Made by a program: the position numbers and the translations under genes. Below, piece by piece: positions 58,970 to 64,000 of a DNA stretch of 64,000 nucleotides. Numbering within the stretch: the stretch's first letter is position 1; each line of letters opens with the position of its first letter. Source of the stretch: an uncultured bacterium (GTDB lineage: Bacteria; Actinomycetota; Acidimicrobiia; Spongiisociales; UBA5794); the NCBI GenBank assembly GCA_963801165.1, contig CAWDDT010000006.1, forward strand, positions 590,577 through 654,576, given 5' to 3'. The notes under the pieces were generated by a model. It was not told the DNA's origin, made no database searches, and worked only from the letters and a program-made list of their open reading frames with translations.

Positions 58970-60145
58970 ACGAATCAGTATACGACTCTGCATGCACGAT
59001 TGGAAGGGACTCGGCACCCCATGCCGCCCGAGAACACCACCGCCACCGCACATTATCGAGCACGCTCCGGCGAGAGATAACCGGCAATATCGATGTGATC
59101 CCAGTTATTGGCTGGTACGTTCTGTGGTTGTTGTTAGCGGCCGGCGGCGAGGTCGAGGCCGGGTGCTCCGTGTTGGGCTTCGTCTCGTTCGGCTTGTCGT
59201 TTGGCGATCTGCCAGGCAACCCGAGCGGCGACATCACTGCTCGGTGGGGGCGGGCCTAACTGATCGACGGCGTCACCCGGCATTTGTCCGGCTTGATCGA
59301 TGGCGGCGGTCTGGGTCGACCTGCGGTTGAGCGCTGCGATGAGGCCCTCGAGCGGATCATGGGAATCCTGGTGGGTGAGGTGGGTGCATTGTTCATCTGC
59401 TGGTTCGGGTTTGGCGAGGTAGAGGGTGTTGTTTTGCCTGCCGCGGCTCATCGCCACATATGCCCATTCCCGATCGGTAGCCCCGTCGACGACTACGAAG
59501 GTCCGGTCGGTGGTGACGCCTTGGGCTTTGTGTCCGGTCATGGCATAGCCGTAGTCGACATGGCCCTGCTCGAGATACCAGCCAGGCAGCTCTCTGGCTT
59601 CAGGGTCACGATCGAGCCGAACCGTCAGACTCCTGGTCTCCTGCTCGACTCTGGTAATGGTGGCTAGGTCACCGTTGAGTACCCCGAGCCCACCCTGGTT
59701 CTTACGACACAGGATCCGGTCACCAGCTTGGAAGACCCGGTCGCCTGCTGCGAGGGTGGGACCGTGGAGGCGGTGCGCGGCGGCCAGGAGGTTCCGGGCT
59801 TGTTGGTTGAGGTCGGTGACAGTGTCGTTGCTGTGAGCGATAAGCAACCCCGATGTGATGTCACCGGTGGCGGTGACATGGCGATACCAGTCCGCCGTTG
59901 CTGTAGCGATGGTGTCGGCTCGGCACTGGCCTACATGCAGCCTGTTCCGTTGTCGATAGGTCTCTACGGCTTGGCTGGTCTGTCCGTTGCGGAGTTGGGT
60001 TAGAGCACTGCGTTCCCATTCGTGTTGCTGTCGGACGTTGTCAGTCAACTCGGCAGAAGGAAGTCGGGTGGCGAGGGCTCGGAACAGGCCACCTGCGTCG
60101 ATTTCGGGTAGCTGCCGGTCATCACCGATCAGGATCAACTTCCCA

Positions 60146-61564
60146 GGGCCTGTCAGATGCTTTGTGTAAGTGGGGTGGCCTGACATAGTGGCCCTGGACG
60201 CGGGTGGCGTTTGGGGTCTGTGGAAGGACCCACTGATGATGATTGACAAGGACGAGGCGACGGAGGTGGCGAAGGCTGCTGCGACTCCGCTGGTGTCGGC
60301 TGAGGTGTTGGACGAGTTGATGGCTCGGGTCAATGATGAAGGAGCCGAGCTGTTGGGCCCTGAGGGGCTGTTGTCGCAGGTGACCAAGGCGGTGTTGGAA
60401 CGGGCTTTGGATGAGGAACTGACTGGCGAGTTGGGTTATGAGAAGCATGACCCGGCGGGTCGGGGTTCTGGTAACTCGCGGAACGGCACCAGTTCGAAGA
60501 CGGTGTTGACCGATATCGGTGCTATCGATTTGGAGATACCTCGGGATCGGAACGGCGATTTCGAACCGAAGATCGTCCCTAAGGGCACGACCAGGTTGAA
60601 GGGCTTCAATGAGCGGATCATTGCGTTGTATGCCCGAGGGATGACGGTTCGTGATATCCGTTCTCATCTCGCAGAGATCTACGGGGTTGACGTGTCACCG
60701 GATCTGATCTCGAAAGTCACCGACGCTGTGTGGGATGAACTCGAATCCTGGCGCAACCGGCCGCTGGATGCGGTGTATCCGATTGTCTATATCGACGCTC
60801 TGAACATCAAGATCCGAGACGGGATCGTCCAGAACCGCCCGGCCTATCTGGCCGTCGGAGTTGATTTGGAGGGCCGCAAACACGTCCTTGGGATCTGGAT
60901 CGGCGACTCGAACGGTGAAGGCGCCAAGTTTTGGCTCAAAGTGCTTTCCGAACTCAAGAACCGCGGCGTCAACGACGTGTTGATCGTCGCCTGTGACGGT
61001 CTCAAGGGTCTCCCCGAATCGATCGAAACCGTGTGGCCACAAGCAGTGATCCAGACATGTGTCGTGCATCTGCTGCGAGGTTCGTTCCGATACGCCTCAT
61101 ACAAAGACCGCAAGAAGATCGCCACCGCGCTCCGGCCGGTCTACCAGGCGACATCAAAGGAAGCCGCCGTCGAGGCGCTCGGCAACTTCGAAGACGATTA
61201 CGGGACAAAGTATCCCGCCATCGTCAAGTTGTGGCGGGACGCTTGGGAAGAGTTCACCCCCTTCTTGGACTATCCGCCGGAGATCCGCCGAGTGGTTTAC
61301 ACCACCAACATGATCGAATCGATCAACTACCAGCTACGGAAGGTCACCAAGAACCGGGGGCACTTCCCCACCGAGAAAGCAGCCCTCAAACTGCTTTATC
61401 TCGCGGTGCGTAACATCACTACCAACAGAGGAGGTGACACCGGCACAGGAACATGGGGATGGAGCAAGTGCCTCAACGCACTCGCCATCTACTTCCCCGG
61501 ACGATTCACCATCGTCTAACCAAAACCGAATGCCACCCACTTACACAAACGTGCTGACACCCCC
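60146..61564 (+). mobile_element. IS256-family insertion sequence
   Basis: Imperfect 29-bp terminal IRs (60146-60174 / 61536-61564); 8-bp TSD ACTTCCCA (60138-60145 / 61565-61572). Confidence 0.95.
60236..61519 (+). CDS. IS256 transposase
   Basis: NSRNG, PRDR.G.FEP, YIDA, ACDGL.G, QTCVVH, YTTNMIES. Confidence 0.96.
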   Translation: MMIDKDEATEVAKAAATPLVSAEVLDELMARVNDEGAELLGPEGLLSQVTKAVLERALDEELTGELGYEKHDPAGRGSGNSRNGTSSKTVLTDIGAIDLEIPRDRNGDFEPKIVPKGTTRLKGFNERIIALYARGMTVRDIRSHLAEIYGVDVSPDLISKVTDAVWDELESWRNRPLDAVYPIVYIDALNIKIRDGIVQNRPAYLAVGVDLEGRKHVLGIWIGDSNGEGAKFWLKVLSELKNRGVNDVLIVACDGLKGLPESIETVWPQAVIQTCVVHLLRGSFRYASYKDRKKIATALRPVYQATSKEAAVEALGNFEDDYGTKYPAIVKLWRDAWEEFTPFLDYPPEIRRVVYTTNMIESINYQLRKVTKNRGHFPTEKAALKLLYLAVRNITTNRGGDTGTGTWGWSKCLNALAIYFPGRFTIV

Positions 61565-63720
61565 ACTTCCCATCGGCTTGTTCAACAAGGTCGACAACGT
61601 TGGCGAGTTGGCGGGTACCGACCACGCCAGCCTCACCCACCACCACAATCACACCATCGGGAAGACCACCGCGATGTTGGCTGTCTCCGATAAGTCGGGT
61701 GAGGGTGACCGATGGGATCGAGGTGGCTTGTTGGAGGCCAGCGGCGGTCCTGCCAGCCAACGCCCCACCCACAATCGGGACGCCGGTCAGAGCAGCGAGC
61801 TGGCCGATCACCGCCATCACTGCGGTCTTACCGCTCCCCGCAGGACCAATCCCAACATCGATACCGTTACCGGACGTCGTGAACCGTCGCACCATGTCCC
61901 GCTGCCCATCGGTCAGGTGCCGGTTCCGTCGCAGCCTGGCCTCGACCAAACGGTCCGGTGCGGTCCAACGACCGGCACCTATCCCAGCGACTGCTGTATC
62001 GATGACCCGCTGTTCTGTGGCTAACAGTTCGGTTGTGGAGTAGCGGCGCTCATCCCGCACACCAGGAAACAGGCTGCCATCTCGGCGACGCATCAGCCGC
62101 CCACCTACCTCGTCACCGGCCAGCTCGACCGTCCGGACAACTGCAACATCGCCCGGACCCTCTGGTTCCTCGACAGATTCAGTGTTGGGGGTGGGCAGAA
62201 GCGCTACTACATCGTCCGTGTCGAGGAATGTCCCAACTAGAGACTCGATATCCTCGCGACTGCCACCTTCGGGAAGCGCTCCGGCGATCTCTTTGACCAC
62301 CTCGGCCCGCCCGAAAGAGGAGACACGCTCGGTGAGTCCCTCGGGCGACGCCAACACCACAAACAGCTTGGTTGGATCGACCGGTGTCATATCGCTGTGG
62401 CGACCAACCATCTGGGTGAGCCGGTCGGGGGTGAGACCTACCTCGACAGCTCGCTGTTTCCATTCGACTTGGAGGTCGGCAAAGGGATGATCCTGCTTCG
62501 GGCTCCGGGTGGCCAACACCGCGACCTGCCTCGCGGCCGGCGTGTCTGGGAGGCCTTGGTCTTGGCGCCAGGTTTCGAGCTGCTGCCGTCACCTTGAGAA
62601 CGCTTCGATCTGGGGACGGGTGAAACCCTCGATGTCGGCCATCCCGTTGCGGACCGGCTGCCACCGAACCCCCAACCGTTCCGTCAACTCGTGTCGCAAC
62701 ACAGCCTCATGCAGGTAGCCGGCAGCCAGCTGATACCGGTACAACAGGCGGCCGTCGATAGTGCGCCACACCCCGTCTATGCCTTTGACTTTGTTGGCCA
62801 CCACCACATGGGTATGGAGCTGAGGATCGTCAGCCCGGGAGGTGAACTCGGTGAACGACGCCGCCACATACCCCGACGTTGGGATCGGCCACGTCTCGAC
62901 CCGAAACCTAGGATCCCCGTTCTCGTTCACGACCTGGTCGCCGTTGTCATCAAGAACCGGAGTCTTGGTGGCCCCTCGTGTCGCTGACGCCACCGACTCC
63001 AAATATCCCAACGCCGAGGCAGTTGCTTCCTCGAACGCCGCCACGACCTCCCGACGGGTCTCATCGTCGCCGAGAGCCCACAACAGCGACACCGACTTGT
63101 CCGCCGAGAACGTCACATCCCACGCCGCCACCCCATCCCGACGCAGACTCCGACCCAGCTGCTCGCCAGTCCCAGGATGCTGACCATCGAACAACCGAAC
63201 CAGCCCCTCGACGCTAACCACCCCTTCTAGGCCCAACTCGGCGGCACCGTTGCCACGCCACTGCCCAGTGGCGGTGCCGCCGCGCAGGTAGTAATCCTCC
63301 CGCGGTGAAATCTCCCTCAACTTGCGCAGGTAGTAGTCCTTGGCAGCGTTCGCCAAACTCAACACCAGCCGCCCCACCGACCTCCGGCTGTATACATCCA
63401 GCAACTCGTTGCAGATGCGTGTGTCGATCAGGTCGGATGGCTGAGAGGCGCCGTACGGTTTCGGGATCACGTGTCGTGATGCAGCGGGTGTCCGCTCGGA
63501 CCTGTGCGATGAATCCCGGTGCGAGTCGATTCCATCGGTCAGAATTTCGAGTGGACAATCGTTGCGCCAGCACGGTTCCTTGATCCAACGGCGAACACGC
63601 ATCCGTTCCGGCGCACCGATGACGACGGCCGCAGCGTGAAGTCGGATCTGCATTGACGGCACGATTTGACCGGCCGCTGCGCTGAGCGGATTGCTTCATA
63701 GCTACCCACTAGACCGCACA

Positions 63721-63788
63721 ACCCTCCCACCAGAGTCTCAAAAACCCTCTCACCAAAGTCTCAGAAACCCTCCAACTCGGTCCCAGAA
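63721..63788. repeat. Three imperfect 23-bp direct repeats (iteron-like)
   Basis: ACCCTC..AC....GTC.CA.AA units at 63721, 63744 and 63767. Confidence 0.65.
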
Positions 63789-64000
63789 CGGCCACCATGA
63801 CTGCTCTGCGAAAAAGCGGTCAAGATTTCTCGGCAACCAGTGAAATAGGCCCTGACCAGGGGAAACAGTCGAGATCGCAGCAAAATGACAGGCAAATTGG
63901 AGGGGCAATGGGACCTGGTGAGAGGGTTCGACGACATGCTCAAGCAATGGAACATCTCGATCGGCTTCTCACGGTCCAAGACCTTGCTAACCACCTCGGA

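Larger units (their letters stand above)
59134..63365 (-). pseudogene. MobF (TrwC/TraI-like) relaxase-helicase, inactivated
   Basis: DYYL x2, DVTFSADKSVS, DPQLHTH, GPAGSGKT, LIGD..QL, YAMTGHKAQG; TGA at 62589-62591 and IS256 insertion. Confidence 0.9.
51601..64000. mobile_element. tRNA-Val-targeted genomic island (decayed MobF integrative element), extends beyond the window
   Basis: att fragment, TA modules, relaxase, nested mobile elements. Confidence 0.75.

Noticed and set aside
62589-62591. Selenocysteine read-through in the relaxase
   Set aside because: The position corresponds to Arg in FSRRR (likely CGA to TGA), not Cys, and the gene has other lesions.

Overview
GC-rich actinobacterial DNA, most likely class Acidimicrobiia (inferred from WhiB, an F420-dependent LLM oxidoreductase, SLH proteins with the GCNPPxNDxxCP motif, and many leaderless genes). 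Positions 1-50300 look like host chromosome. They contain three tandem SLH surface-protein paralogs, a hidden UGA-containing (UxxC) thioredoxin-like lipoprotein, an acyl-CoA ligase, trpD, whiB, a sulfur-handling operon (HTH-PocR regulator, SQR, DUF1641, TusE/DsrC-like, DsrE2, DUF302), RNase P RNA, Nif3/zinc-ribbon genes, ppk2, msrA, orphan kinases, two unannotated small basic ORFs, a LigD-type PrimPol, an orphan NuoF-like gene, a cyclase-STAND-TPR gene, an Flp-pilin fusion and a mobB-phnD-HK-RR-ttrBCA-like molybdoenzyme cluster. A 3' fragment of tRNA-Val(TAC) at 51601-51650 marks the end of a genomic island that appears to run past the window end. The island holds several toxin-antitoxin modules, a Tn554-like two-recombinase element, and a decayed MobF relaxase interrupted by an intact IS256 with an 8-bp target duplication. 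All calls come from motif recognition by eye; no database searches were run.
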